A stretch of 64,000 bases of DNA from Desulfobacterales bacterium (GCA_050116835.1 JASFNW010000004.1:7024-71023); one strand, 5' to 3'. Shown: positions 36,700-47,071, numbered from the stretch's first letter. The notes: generated by a model not told the origin, from the sequence alone. Translations and numbers: made by a program.

Positions 36700-37529
36700 G
36701 TCGGCGGTCACGCAAAAGGGCGGCACGCTTCGATCCGTTGCACATCGGCTGGCCGCTTTGGATCGTTTCAGGATCGGCGATATTCTTTCTCATCGCTCCG
36801 GTTTTGTTGTTAATTCCCATGTCTTTAGGTTCAGCTGAAATTATCGAATTTCCACCCAGCAAAATCGGTCTAGACCAGTACCACAAATTTTTCAACCATC
36901 CGGTCTGGCAGAGCGCCGTGCTCAACTCTTTGCAGGTGTCTGCCATGACAGCGGTCTTTTCGACATTCCTCGGCTTGCTGGCCTCATTGGGTTTGGTCTG
37001 GGGCCGCTTTAAAGGAAAGGGCCTCATCAATGCATTTATTATTTCCCCGATGATTGTACCGCTGATTGTAATGGCCCTGGCCTTTTACATTAGCCTTGCC
37101 AAATTCGGCCTGCTGGGAACCAAGCTCGGTCTCGTGCTGGCTTACACCCCCCTGACGCTGCCTTTTTCGGTGCTGCCCATCTCGGCTACGCTACGGGGCT
37201 TTGATCGAACCCTTGAAAATGCAGCCCGTATTCTCGGTGCCAGCCGGTTTCAAACATTTGTCAGAGTAACGTTTCCCATTATTCGTCCTGGAATTTTGAC
37301 CGGAGCCATTTTTGCCTTTATGATTGCCTTCGACGAAGTTGTGATTGCCCTGTTTATTTGCGGTACAACGGCGATCACCCTTCCTAAAAAGATGTGGGAT
37401 GTGATCCGCTATGAGATCGAGCCCATGCTTCCGGCCATATCCACCCTGCTTTTGCTGCTGGCCGTTTTGATTCTCGTGCTGGTGGGCTTGCTGCAGCGGC
37501 GTGTTGCACGGCGCATGATAATGGGGTAA
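36696..37529 (+). CDS. ABC transporter permease (PotC-like)
   Basis: Polytopic permease with an EAA-like loop (ENAARILGASRFQTFVRV). The ATG overlaps the upstream stop (ATGA). Confidence 0.8.
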   Translation: MSRRSRKRAARFDPLHIGWPLWIVSGSAIFFLIAPVLLLIPMSLGSAEIIEFPPSKIGLDQYHKFFNHPVWQSAVLNSLQVSAMTAVFSTFLGLLASLGLVWGRFKGKGLINAFIISPMIVPLIVMALAFYISLAKFGLLGTKLGLVLAYTPLTLPFSVLPISATLRGFDRTLENAARILGASRFQTFVRVTFPIIRPGILTGAIFAFMIAFDEVVIALFICGTTAITLPKKMWDVIRYEIEPMLPAISTLLLLLAVLILVLVGLLQRRVARRMIMG

Positions 37530-37589
37530 GTGATAAGCGCGTCAGATTATAATTAAATAGCAGCCGGCTGGTAATCGATAGGAGCGCCC

Positions 37590-38246
37590 ATGTTTCTCGA
37601 ATTCGCCATGTCCGCAAAATATCAGGCAGCATATCCTGGCGTTGGCTTTGGCCTTACACTGATCAGCGGCTGCCGTAATCATGAGAATCCACCCGGGTTT
37701 GATCAGCACAAGCGCAAATTACTGCGCAAGATGAGAAAGCGGCAAACGCTGGCGGAGATTACGGCGCGCATTGAAACCTATGACAATTTTTTTCAACGCT
37801 TCGGATTTGAATGCCCGCTGACCAAACACCTCAAGCGCACCATTCACAGTGGTTTTCCGCGCTACGATCTGATTGTGGATGCGCATTTTATGGCCGAAAT
37901 GTGTGCCGGTATTCTGGTGGCTGTCACCGATTATGAGCGTTTCAACGGTAGCCTGACCCTGGATGTTGCAGATGCAGGCGAGGTCTGTGCCGGTATGGGC
38001 GGGCGCGAATTTATCTGCAAAGCCGATGAAATTGTGCTGCGGGACGAACGTGAAATTGTATGCGTTTTGTGCCAGGGGGCGGATGAAAAAACCCGCGTGC
38101 GCGAGGATACCACCCAAGTCCTCTTTTATGCCTATGCAGTCCCCGGAATTGACAGCCGATACTTAACAGACGGCCTGACCATTGCCGCTGAAACCATGGC
38201 TGAATTCGGCGGAGGAGTGATTGAAGGAATAGAGGTGTATAAATGA
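37590..38246 (+). CDS. B3/B4 tRNA-binding-domain-like protein (PheT B3_4 domain family)
   Basis: 218 aa. The pattern resembles stand-alone B3/4 domain proteins (DLIVDAHFMAEM, LTLDVADAGE, VLCQGADEKTRV). By-eye call only. Confidence 0.45.
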   Translation: MFLEFAMSAKYQAAYPGVGFGLTLISGCRNHENPPGFDQHKRKLLRKMRKRQTLAEITARIETYDNFFQRFGFECPLTKHLKRTIHSGFPRYDLIVDAHFMAEMCAGILVAVTDYERFNGSLTLDVADAGEVCAGMGGREFICKADEIVLRDEREIVCVLCQGADEKTRVREDTTQVLFYAYAVPGIDSRYLTDGLTIAAETMAEFGGGVIEGIEVYK

Positions 38247-38323
38247 CTTAGCCGTCCACTAGAAGTGTTCGTATTTTTCGAGATCAATTATAGTGGTTGT
38301 CGAAAATTTGTTCCGATGATCTA

Positions 38324-38420
38324 TCATTGCGAGCCTGCGGCGAGCTCAGCCGAGTCGGAGCCTGGCGACGAAGCAACCCATCAGAGAGACTTATAGATTG
38401 CTTCGCTTCGCTCGCAATGA
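38324..38420. repeat. Nested palindromic element (cattgcgagc / gctcgcaatg type)
   Basis: Outer arms tcattgcgagc / gctcgcaatga. Inner arms cgaagcaa / ttgcttcg. Both track ORFs here (73 and 78 aa) are translations of the palindrome. Confidence 0.7.
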
Positions 38421-38799
38421 CGCTTGAAAGACACGCCAGGTCAAATCGGAACATATTTTTGGCAATTCGCACCGTTTGCCACGAAAGACCAGAAATATTT
38501 GACAAAATGAGTGACGGTCATGTCAATTCCTGACAGGCGCTATGAACCTCAAGATACCGGTGATCCGATATTTCGGATTTGACCCACGCCATGGGTTAAT
38601 CCAAACGCCTGGGTGCCCATCATCCCATATATCGGGTCACAGTGTCGTTTGTGGGTTTAATCCATAGGCATATTGCCTATCAGAAAATAACATGTCCGTC
38701 CGGCAACTTGAGCGCGGGCATCTTCTGGGTGAGACCCGAACAATATTGCAAAGTATTTCTGGGATACGATACTATGTGTTAAAATTCACTTGCCGGTCA

Positions 38800-39336
38800 T
38801 TAGCTTTCGAAGCGTTCCTCGAATTTTTCCAGTGCTTCCCGTAACAATTGGCGAATGAACACCTCTTTTTCCCTGGGGATGAGCTTTTGGTAAGTCGCAT
38901 GGCCAGGATGGAAGGAAGACAGCCCCGGGGGGTTGTTTCTGCAGTTATCCCGCATCTGCTTATAGTTGCGGACCAAGGCGATAATGCTGGTGTTCTGACA
39001 GGTGTGTGCGGCGAGCCAATCCAGACGAAACATCATTTCAAAGCGCATATGGTCTGCCAAAAACAGATGGATATCGACGACCTGCATCTGTTGTTCGGTC
39101 GGCAGATAGTTAAATTTGGTGGCCGGCCCCAGATCCAAAACCCCCATTATCATTTCATAATAGGCAATTGAGCTGTCTTCTCCGGGCTGCGCCAGAAAAA
39201 AGAGGGTTTTATCCGATAAATCCGATAGACGAGTTTTCGCATCGTAGAGCTCACCAAAGCGTTTTTGCCAGGGACCAAATGCCCGCTGTTCAACCGCTTT
39301 GGTGCGATAATCATCGAGGTCAACGATTTTTTGCAT
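38800..39336 (-). CDS. Hypothetical protein (178 aa), no recognisable family
   Basis: Clean ORF with genome-typical composition. Same strand as, and downstream of, the SRPBCC and AsmA-family genes. Confidence 0.5.
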   Translation of the reverse strand: MQKIVDLDDYRTKAVEQRAFGPWQKRFGELYDAKTRLSDLSDKTLFFLAQPGEDSSIAYYEMIMGVLDLGPATKFNYLPTEQQMQVVDIHLFLADHMRFEMMFRLDWLAAHTCQNTSIIALVRNYKQMRDNCRNNPPGLSSFHPGHATYQKLIPREKEVFIRQLLREALEKFEERFES

Positions 39337-39447
39337 GGGTAATAAGTATTGCTTTGAGGGTTGTTACAAATGGGCGCCGCCGATTCATTCGATTACAGCG
39401 AAGTATAAAGAAGTGAAAATGCGGTGTCAATCATTGTTGGACGATTT

Positions 39448-39855
39448 TTAGTTGGGTGAATCGTCAACCTCCAGAATTTGGTAAATCCGATTCGCAGCTG
39501 TTTTGCAGATGATCGCATAGGGAGTGGCCCAGAGCGGCACCTCAAATATGAGCCGGCAGCTTTTGTCATCGACGATGTCCATGCGATGGCCGGTGGCCTG
39601 GATGTTAAAAACATGCCATGACCAATATTGCCTGTCGGCCCATTCGGTGATGACAAAAGGCGCCCAAAAGCCAAAGACCGTTTTAACGTGACCGGTTGAA
39701 CCGGCTCGAATATACCGGGTTTCAGATTGAACCGCTTTAACTGTGGGGCCCCATTCGGTCCACCGCATCGTGTCGGTGAGCATATCCCATAATTTATCAG
39801 GGGTCGTCCGGATAATGCGGCTTACCTTTAAATTCGGCAGGGAATTTGTGAACAT
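39448..39855 (-). CDS. SRPBCC-superfamily protein (polyketide cyclase/dehydrase-like)
   Basis: 135 aa. The N-terminal pattern RIIRTTPDKLWDMLTDTMRWTEWGP is typical of SRPBCC ligand-binding proteins. Confidence 0.65.
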   Translation of the reverse strand: MFTNSLPNLKVSRIIRTTPDKLWDMLTDTMRWTEWGPTVKAVQSETRYIRAGSTGHVKTVFGFWAPFVITEWADRQYWSWHVFNIQATGHRMDIVDDKSCRLIFEVPLWATPYAIICKTAANRIYQILEVDDSPN

Positions 39856-39897
39856 GGTGTTGTGATACAGTTGGGGTCTTCACCTAATCGAGCGGAC

Positions 39898-42800
39898 CTA
39901 TTTTTTAAGTAGCTGTTCGAGAACGTTTTGCACACCTTTCTGCAGTGATTTTTGAAGCGCCTGTTCCGCCAAACTGGTTGAGGCCTGCTGCACGACACCC
40001 TTGTCGATATCCGGATTGGACGAATTTCCGCGGATGGGAACGTCGATGGTGACGCCTTCCAGATAAGTGTAAGCTTTATCACCGACCAGCTTGGGGGTGA
40101 TCGGAATTTTGGCGATATAGTCAAGGCTTTTGTCAAAGCCCACCGAGCCGTGTAAGGTGATCGGATACCCGTCGATTTCAAGCTGAATAGGCGAGGTTTC
40201 AATGCGGCCGTTGCGGGCCACAAAGTCGATATCCAGATCTTTGAAATCCATTTCATTTCCGTGAACGCCCATCAAGGCTAAGATGCCGCTAAGCATCTTG
40301 GTGGATTTGATGCGCACGCCTTTCAACCGCAGGGTTCCGGCAAAATCCGTTTTGTCCCTAAATTTATTGTCCAGCGGCCAGTTAAAATGCTGCATATACA
40401 GGTCAACCTGCCCACCAGCCTGCACCGAACCTTGAAAAACCGGGTGAATTTTGGACATCAGGCGCTCGGCCATGGCATCTGTAATTTCGACGTCTTTTAA
40501 AATGTGGGTATCTTGCGGGAGCGTGAGCATGTAAGGCTCTTTTTGCAGATGAAGGGTTGGCTGTAGATCGACCTGTCCCCCGTTAGCCGTCGCGATCAAT
40601 TTCGCCAGGGCTGATTCATTGGCTACCCGTATGGGAATCTCGGTGGCGGAGATGCCCAGGCCGAAAGCATCGATTGAGTCTGCGTGAATGGCGCCGGTAA
40701 AATCGGTTTGCTTGAGCGAATCCGTCCAGCGCTGTTCTCCTGAGATCATTTTGAGTTGAAAAGGATTATTACCCTTGCCGGTTATGGTAATCTGCTGGGG
40801 TCCGGCTATTTTTTCCAGGTAGGGCGAAAGCATCTTCAGGTCCAGTTTTATGCTGCCGGCCGCATCCAGTTTTTTGCGACGTCCGGCCTGATTTAGATTT
40901 CCCGCCGCTGAAAGCGATAGAGGGGTCGAATCGAGCTCAATGTTTTCGATTGTCAGAACCGATCCGTCCGGCTTGCGCTTCAAATCGGCCTTTAGTCTAA
41001 CGTGATCCTCGGCAATGGGCGGCAGGGTCCCGGATGTCATCTGAAAAGGAGAAAGGTCGGCACGAACTTTTAGAAACTGAGCGGTCTTGGATGAAAAATC
41101 CAGATCGAGATCAAACTGACCTTTACCGGCAACGTGGGTCTTTTGCGGTAGCTCGATAAAATCCCCATAAGACTTGAACAGTTTTGCCAGGTCAAGCTCT
41201 GCCTGCGCCTGTGTTTTCATGTCGTTTTGAAAGTCCGACCAATCGTTTACCGTCAGCTGAGGAATGTTGATCGTACCCGCTGAGCCTTCGATGTTAATCG
41301 GAGCCAGAGTCACGGACCGTGTGGCAAAATTGAGTTTGCCCTGGGTTCGCACCGTCAGGCGTTCTTCCTCAATTGATTTTTGTCCGCTGCCGAACTGGAA
41401 TTTACGGGCGTCGACGCGGGTGTCGTTAAGGGTTAACTTTCGGGCATCCAGGTCACCGCTGGTTTTAAGCTGGGCGTAGCCTGCCAGCCGGATTGATGCG
41501 GGCAGTTTATCAAAACTGCGCAGCACATCTGAAATCTGTTGCAAATTAAATCCAGCGTCAACAGCAAGATTCTGCACCGAGGGCGAATTGCTGCTATCAG
41601 CCGGCTGAAAGCGGTCGGCCTTGAAATTTCCTTTGGCCAGGGTCGATTGAACGCTTAAATTCGGCTGTTGAAATTCGCTGGCGCTAAACTGCGCTGCCCG
41701 GCGAACAACGGTGGTTAAGTCCGCCTTGGCATCCTGTTGGGGAAGGATGATACGGCCATGGCGGCTCAAAGCCAGCTTGCGGATGTCCAGATTTAGCGAT
41801 GCGGTGTTTTTCTCTGGCGCGGTTTCCTTGATGTCAATCCTGGCGAACAGTTTGCCGGAAGCATTCCATTCACGGATATCGACAAATTTTTTCAATTCTT
41901 TGAGGGCTGCTGACAGGTCTGCTGAGAGGGTTGCCTTCATATTGGTAAGATCACCCTGTCCGTCGGCATTGACAAATGCCGATCGCAGCGACAAATTATC
42001 GAGCTGAATTCCGTCCGGGCGCTGTTCACCTCGTGCCTTCAATGAAATAGGCTGATTCCAGGCGATGGCTTTGCCGCCGCTGGTGCCCTTTATGCGGTCG
42101 ATTCTGGCGCTGCCATCAAATGCGGTGACCCTCTCCGCCAAGCTAACATTATACGATAGCACTAAAGTGCCTTCAGACAGTTTTGTGCCCTGGCGTAATT
42201 TTAAGGTATGCGGCAGCTGGGAGAAAAGCTCGGCCAGATTGATGCTGGCAGAACCGGACAATTGTTTGTGGCCCTGTTGGGTAATCTTGCCCTGGGCGGA
42301 TCCTTTGGCTGCTGAGGATTGGAATTCCAGTTGTTTTAGCGACAGGTCGCCCTGGGAGATGGTTGCATCTAATTCGGTAGCGATATTGTTGAATCGGGGA
42401 TGATCCGTTTTCAGGGGACCGCCCCAGAGCTCGAGTCGCTTTAAGGACAAATGGCCCTTGAGGTTTAGGGCCTCATTCGAACTGCCCAGAACCTTCATGT
42501 CGGCATTGAGCCGCCCTTTGCCATAGGGATAGTTTCCCTGTAAGGCCAGAATGGCCAGCGTATCTTCAAGCTCCCAGTTGGTGATTTTTAAGCTGGCATC
42601 GGATTGAATGGCATTGAGATCAAGGGGGTTGTCCGCAGACAGGGTCAGGGTGCCTTCACCGGCGAGCCGGCCGATGGAATCACCAGAGGTCAGCAGAACC
42701 CGATAGGTGATGGGCTTTGCAATATCCGATACATCCAGGAAAAGATCAATGTCTTTGACGACCGTTTTTTCTTTACCGTTAAGATCCACCGTCCGAATGG

Positions 42801-43242
42801 TACCGTCGGTAATTTTAAGGATGCCGGCTATGGCCGGCAGCCCGGCCGCCCGGGACGGTTCGGCCTTTTTTGGCGCTTCAGTTCGCTGCCGATCTGAAAT
42901 ATAAAACAATACCTGCGGTCTGATGATTTCGACACCGCCCAGGTTGCGAGCATTGGCTATCAGCTGGACCAAGCCGCGATATCCCTTTAATTCGGCAACT
43001 TCGATAAAAATGTTTTCTTCCGGGTGGTCGTAAGTGATGCCTTTGGCCTCAATGCCGCTAAACCATTTAAAGCGCCACTGTTCAACCTGCAGTTTGCCGG
43101 GCAAACGCCCGTTAACGGCCTGCAGAATGCGGGGCTTCAGCACGTCGCTGGACAGGATAGCCGGCAGAAACACCAGACCGGCAAAGATGATAAAACACAC
43201 TGCAATTGCAGTCCCAAGCAATATCGGCTTTGTTTTCATCAT
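39898..43242 (-). CDS. AsmA-family large envelope protein
   Basis: 1114 aa. Single N-terminal TM anchor, then a long beta-rich repetitive region and an AsmA-like C-terminus (GSVGFDKSLDY). Confidence 0.7.
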   Translation of the reverse strand: MMKTKPILLGTAIAVCFIIFAGLVFLPAILSSDVLKPRILQAVNGRLPGKLQVEQWRFKWFSGIEAKGITYDHPEENIFIEVAELKGYRGLVQLIANARNLGGVEIIRPQVLFYISDRQRTEAPKKAEPSRAAGLPAIAGILKITDGTIRTVDLNGKEKTVVKDIDLFLDVSDIAKPITYRVLLTSGDSIGRLAGEGTLTLSADNPLDLNAIQSDASLKITNWELEDTLAILALQGNYPYGKGRLNADMKVLGSSNEALNLKGHLSLKRLELWGGPLKTDHPRFNNIATELDATISQGDLSLKQLEFQSSAAKGSAQGKITQQGHKQLSGSASINLAELFSQLPHTLKLRQGTKLSEGTLVLSYNVSLAERVTAFDGSARIDRIKGTSGGKAIAWNQPISLKARGEQRPDGIQLDNLSLRSAFVNADGQGDLTNMKATLSADLSAALKELKKFVDIREWNASGKLFARIDIKETAPEKNTASLNLDIRKLALSRHGRIILPQQDAKADLTTVVRRAAQFSASEFQQPNLSVQSTLAKGNFKADRFQPADSSNSPSVQNLAVDAGFNLQQISDVLRSFDKLPASIRLAGYAQLKTSGDLDARKLTLNDTRVDARKFQFGSGQKSIEEERLTVRTQGKLNFATRSVTLAPINIEGSAGTINIPQLTVNDWSDFQNDMKTQAQAELDLAKLFKSYGDFIELPQKTHVAGKGQFDLDLDFSSKTAQFLKVRADLSPFQMTSGTLPPIAEDHVRLKADLKRKPDGSVLTIENIELDSTPLSLSAAGNLNQAGRRKKLDAAGSIKLDLKMLSPYLEKIAGPQQITITGKGNNPFQLKMISGEQRWTDSLKQTDFTGAIHADSIDAFGLGISATEIPIRVANESALAKLIATANGGQVDLQPTLHLQKEPYMLTLPQDTHILKDVEITDAMAERLMSKIHPVFQGSVQAGGQVDLYMQHFNWPLDNKFRDKTDFAGTLRLKGVRIKSTKMLSGILALMGVHGNEMDFKDLDIDFVARNGRIETSPIQLEIDGYPITLHGSVGFDKSLDYIAKIPITPKLVGDKAYTYLEGVTIDVPIRGNSSNPDIDKGVVQQASTSLAEQALQKSLQKGVQNVLEQLLKK

Positions 43243-43589
43243 GCTTCCTTAACGATAGAATTTTTAAAATTCCGTCTTTTTGTAATGACTTGATTGTAAT
43301 TTATCTTTCCGGATCGAAAAGGACGTGCCGGTCAAAATATAACCGCTTCCTTTATCCCTGGACGGCATATCTATCAAGGAATTACCATTTCTGATCATAG
43401 GGGGTATACAATTTAGGATACCATCAACATAATACATAAAGGCGATAATCAAAATTAAACCTGTTTTGAAATTGATGTGCATCTTTAAGAGATTGAACCT
43501 TAAATTCACTTGGCGTTTGGCATTTAATGCTTAAAATGTAGTCTGTTCACCCAAGTGTTCTTGATGAACTCGTTACGATAGGGTTAACC

Positions 43590-44786
43590 ATGGTTCGGTT
43601 TTTCATCATATTTTTTGCCATTTCCGCCCTGTTGGCCGCCTATATCACCTGGCGGCTTTTTGGACAGGCACCCTTCAGACGACGTTGGAAAATCGCGATG
43701 GCCGTCGGCATCGTGGCCACCATATTTGCGCCGGTCCTAACGATCATACTGCGGCGATCTGGATTCGATAGCCTGGGTCTTCATCTGCTAACCTGGGCCG
43801 GGTATCTGGGAGTGGGGTTTTTAAGTTTTGTATTCTCCTATGTTGTGATTCGCGATCTGGTGTGGCTGCCGGTTGTCGGTTTTAACCGGCTCAAAGCACG
43901 CGCTGTCAAACCGGTGCGCAGCCGGGGAAAAATCGAGCCCATTGATAGTCCTTCCCGTAGAGGGTTTCTTGTCAACTCCATGAATTACGGAATTCTGGCT
44001 GCAGCAGCGCTAACTACCGGCTACGGTGTGGCCGAAGCAAAACAGACGCCCCAGGTCAAAAAAGTGCCGGTTGCCATCGACAACCTGCCGCCGGAGCTGA
44101 ACGGTTTTAGAATCGTGCAGATTACTGACATTCATGTCAATCCGACATTTCGACGGTCCAGTGTGGAAGAAATCGTAGCACAGGTCAATACCCTTGAGGC
44201 TGATATTGTGGCCCTGACCGGTGATCTGGTGGATGGATCCGTCGATCAACTCGGCTATGATGTGGCGCCCCTGGCCCGGATCCGATCGGCCTCGGGAAAT
44301 TTTTTTGTGACCGGTAACCACGAATACTATTCCGGTGTGGTTGAGTGGGTTGAAGAAGTCAAACGGTTGGGCTTTACCGTATTGCTCAATGAACATCAGG
44401 TGCTGTCCCGGGGTCGGGCCAAACTGCTGCTGGCCGGCGTGACCGACTATCGCGGAGGTAATTATTTACCTTCTCACCAATCGGATCCGCAAAAGGCTCT
44501 AATCGGGGCGCCTGAGGCGCATGTGAAAATCCTGCTGGCCCACCAGCCCAAAAGTATTTTTGCGGCCGCCCGCGCCGGATATGATTTGCAGATTTCAGGC
44601 CATACCCACGGCGGCCAGTTTTTTCCGTGGAATTTACTGATCGGCTTTGCCCAGCCCTATGTTTACGGGTTACACACCCACGAAAGCACCCAGATTTACG
44701 TCAGTCGCGGTACCGGATACTGGGGGCCGCCGGTGCGCGTGGGGTCACCCTCTGAAATCACCCTCCTCGAATTGGTTTCCTCGTAG
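43590..44786 (+). CDS. Membrane-anchored metallophosphoesterase (YkuE/calcineurin-like)
   Basis: N-terminal TM helices. Phosphoesterase motifs ITDIHV, LTGDLVDG, GNHEY and GHTHGGQ. Confidence 0.85.
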   Translation: MVRFFIIFFAISALLAAYITWRLFGQAPFRRRWKIAMAVGIVATIFAPVLTIILRRSGFDSLGLHLLTWAGYLGVGFLSFVFSYVVIRDLVWLPVVGFNRLKARAVKPVRSRGKIEPIDSPSRRGFLVNSMNYGILAAAALTTGYGVAEAKQTPQVKKVPVAIDNLPPELNGFRIVQITDIHVNPTFRRSSVEEIVAQVNTLEADIVALTGDLVDGSVDQLGYDVAPLARIRSASGNFFVTGNHEYYSGVVEWVEEVKRLGFTVLLNEHQVLSRGRAKLLLAGVTDYRGGNYLPSHQSDPQKALIGAPEAHVKILLAHQPKSIFAAARAGYDLQISGHTHGGQFFPWNLLIGFAQPYVYGLHTHESTQIYVSRGTGYWGPPVRVGSPSEITLLELVSS

Positions 44787-45026
44787 AATTTATCTTAAAA
44801 TTGCGCCCAAGGCTCTTGGATTGAGTCCGTTACCCTATTGCCACATTACATTTTTACATGCCGGAAAGCCGGTCGGTTCGAATAATAAAAAAATCGAGCG
44901 GATGCAAATAATCAAGGCTTTCAAGCCTCCTGGCATCCCAGCCTCCCGGCAAAACAAAATTGCGTTCATTTTACAAGACCCCCGGCCGGCTTGACCGGCC
45001 ACGCAAATCCGGGCGAGCCCCGAGCA

Positions 45027-46187
45027 TCAAACGGGTCCGATCAGGCGATACAACCAGCTGCTGTATAAACCGATGGCCTCCTCCGGGCAGACCTCATGGC
45101 AGCAATAACAGCGGATGCACTTGTCGTCATCAATGAAAGCGCGTTCCTTGACAAAACCGATGGCTTCCACCGGGCAGCCTTCGATGCAGGTGCCGCAGGC
45201 AATGCATCGGTGCCACATGACTTTGGGTCTTACGGCAAATGCATTTTTAAACATCGGTTCAATCATGCGCTGATACCAGGGGGCCGGATCCAGACCGAAT
45301 CTTCGGGCTGACGTTTGCGGTTGCTTAAAATCCGGTACTCTGACATCATTAAGGTCAGCGCCAATGATATCGATGTCTGCGATGCGGGTAGGGCTGAGCT
45401 CGCGCCGCTCGGCTTCGACAATGATGGGGTTTTGGGCTGGGTCCAGATTCATTATTTCGCCGGCGACTACATCCAGGGCCAAGGGATTGTCAGATCCGAG
45501 AAGCAAACCGACCGGCCGCGGCTCTCCAGCTCCGGGGCCGTCGCCTTCCATGGCAACAACAGCGTCCATAATGGTTAAGCGCGGCGAGATATATGCGGCC
45601 AGATCGAGCAGCATGCCGGCAAAGCGCCGCACGTCATTTAGCTTGGCGTGATAACCGGGTTTGGTTAAACCGGGGATTACCCCGAAAATGTTTTTGACGG
45701 CTCCGGTCATGCCGGTAAACACGTGGGTCTTCATCTTACACAGGTTAAACACAGCCTGGGCTTCATAGACCGGGGTGATGATGTCAAAATGTTTGGTGAG
45801 TCGGCCCTCTGCATAGGAAACAGGTCTTGAGGTGGTATCCCAGTTGACTTCTACACCGGCTTCCCGAGCCGCCTGGTGCATGCCGCAGGTACGATAAATT
45901 TTGTCAAGGGTTTTTGCGGTATAGCGGTAACCCCCACCGGGCGAATCGGCGATGATGGGATTGGCTCCAATTTTTTTGGCCGTACGCGCGACAGCGGCCA
46001 CCAGAGAGGGATGTGTTGAAACCGCCGCCTCGGGCCTGGCTTCGCGCAGCAAATTGACTTTTAATACGATTTTCTCGCCCCGCCGGACAAATTTCGGCAT
46101 CCCCCCCATCAGCTCCATCAGGCGGGTCAGCTTTGCTTCGATTTCAGTATAATCTTTACACGCCACAATATAGACCTTGTTATCCAT
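45027..46187 (-). CDS. DUF362 domain protein with C-terminal 2x[4Fe-4S] ferredoxin domain
   Basis: 386 aa. DUF362-like N-terminal two thirds. C-terminal CIACGTCIEGCP and CIRCYCCHEVCP. Confidence 0.75.
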   Translation of the reverse strand: MDNKVYIVACKDYTEIEAKLTRLMELMGGMPKFVRRGEKIVLKVNLLREARPEAAVSTHPSLVAAVARTAKKIGANPIIADSPGGGYRYTAKTLDKIYRTCGMHQAAREAGVEVNWDTTSRPVSYAEGRLTKHFDIITPVYEAQAVFNLCKMKTHVFTGMTGAVKNIFGVIPGLTKPGYHAKLNDVRRFAGMLLDLAAYISPRLTIMDAVVAMEGDGPGAGEPRPVGLLLGSDNPLALDVVAGEIMNLDPAQNPIIVEAERRELSPTRIADIDIIGADLNDVRVPDFKQPQTSARRFGLDPAPWYQRMIEPMFKNAFAVRPKVMWHRCIACGTCIEGCPVEAIGFVKERAFIDDDKCIRCYCCHEVCPEEAIGLYSSWLYRLIGPV

Positions 46188-46346
46188 TCTTTTGTCCTTT
46201 TTGATTTAGCGCCTGGTAAAAATGGCTGATACCACAATGTTCCCTAACCATGCCAAAATCCGGGTTCGGTGTCAAATAAATGCTAATGCAAACGGCTGCC
46301 GTTCGGGCCTGCGAAATCGGTCCGGATGAGTGCGGCAACAATGCGC

Positions 46347-46985
46347 TCATTGTTGCAGGCGCATCTTTATGGCAGCCAGAAAATCGGCTGTGCGCCATCC
46401 CTTTTTCCGATATCGGTTATATGGGATGGTAACGTGCGCGTGGCGTTTATACAGACGTTCACGTTCCATCAGCAGTTCGGCATAACAGCGGGCCAGCGCT
46501 TCCGTATTTTTTTCATGGGGTTTGCGGATAAATTTGCCCTGCCACAAAACCGGACGCGGATCGGTTCGGTATGCTTCCAGCATCTGATCTTTTATTTCGA
46601 AAGGTATTTCTAAATGAACCACTGTTGTCAAACGGCGCAGCTGGTCTAAACATTTTTTTCCGCAATAGATGACGCTGCCGGTCGTATCGATAACGATTTT
46701 TGACTGTCGGTCAAGCGGCTCGTTTTTAATCCCTGCAAAGATTTCCGCAAGCATCTTTTTTTCATACGCCAGATAGCGGGCTTCGCGCTCCTGATAGCCG
46801 TCTTGATACGGAAAGCCCATCCATTCACCCATTGACCGCACCGTCCCGTCAGAGCGTTTCAGCATCGGTCTTAATCTGGCCGCAATCATGTGGTCGCAGT
46901 GGAAATGTCGAAACCCGTGTTCGGCGAGTTTTGCCGACCAGTAGGATTTACCCGTACCGGACATGGCGATCAGAGATAGTTTCAT
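46347..46985 (-). CDS. P-loop kinase-like protein (shikimate kinase/AAA_33-like)
   Basis: 212 aa. N-terminal P-loop MSGTGKS immediately after the start. The substrate is not assignable. Confidence 0.5.
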   Translation of the reverse strand: MKLSLIAMSGTGKSYWSAKLAEHGFRHFHCDHMIAARLRPMLKRSDGTVRSMGEWMGFPYQDGYQEREARYLAYEKKMLAEIFAGIKNEPLDRQSKIVIDTTGSVIYCGKKCLDQLRRLTTVVHLEIPFEIKDQMLEAYRTDPRPVLWQGKFIRKPHEKNTEALARCYAELLMERERLYKRHAHVTIPYNRYRKKGWRTADFLAAIKMRLQQ

Positions 46986-47071
46986 GGGTTTGGTGTTTTT
47001 ACCCGACCCCCGTATTAAGGGGGTGATGTGATGGTTGTGTGGACCCGCTTAAACGGGGCCGCATTTTACGA

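Noticed and set aside
43264-43509. 81-aa ORF in the AT-rich spacer upstream of the AsmA-family gene
   Set aside because: Its composition differs strongly from the surrounding genes and I see no RBS. The sequence is low-complexity apart from one hydrophobic stretch. It could be a small membrane protein, but the support is insufficient.
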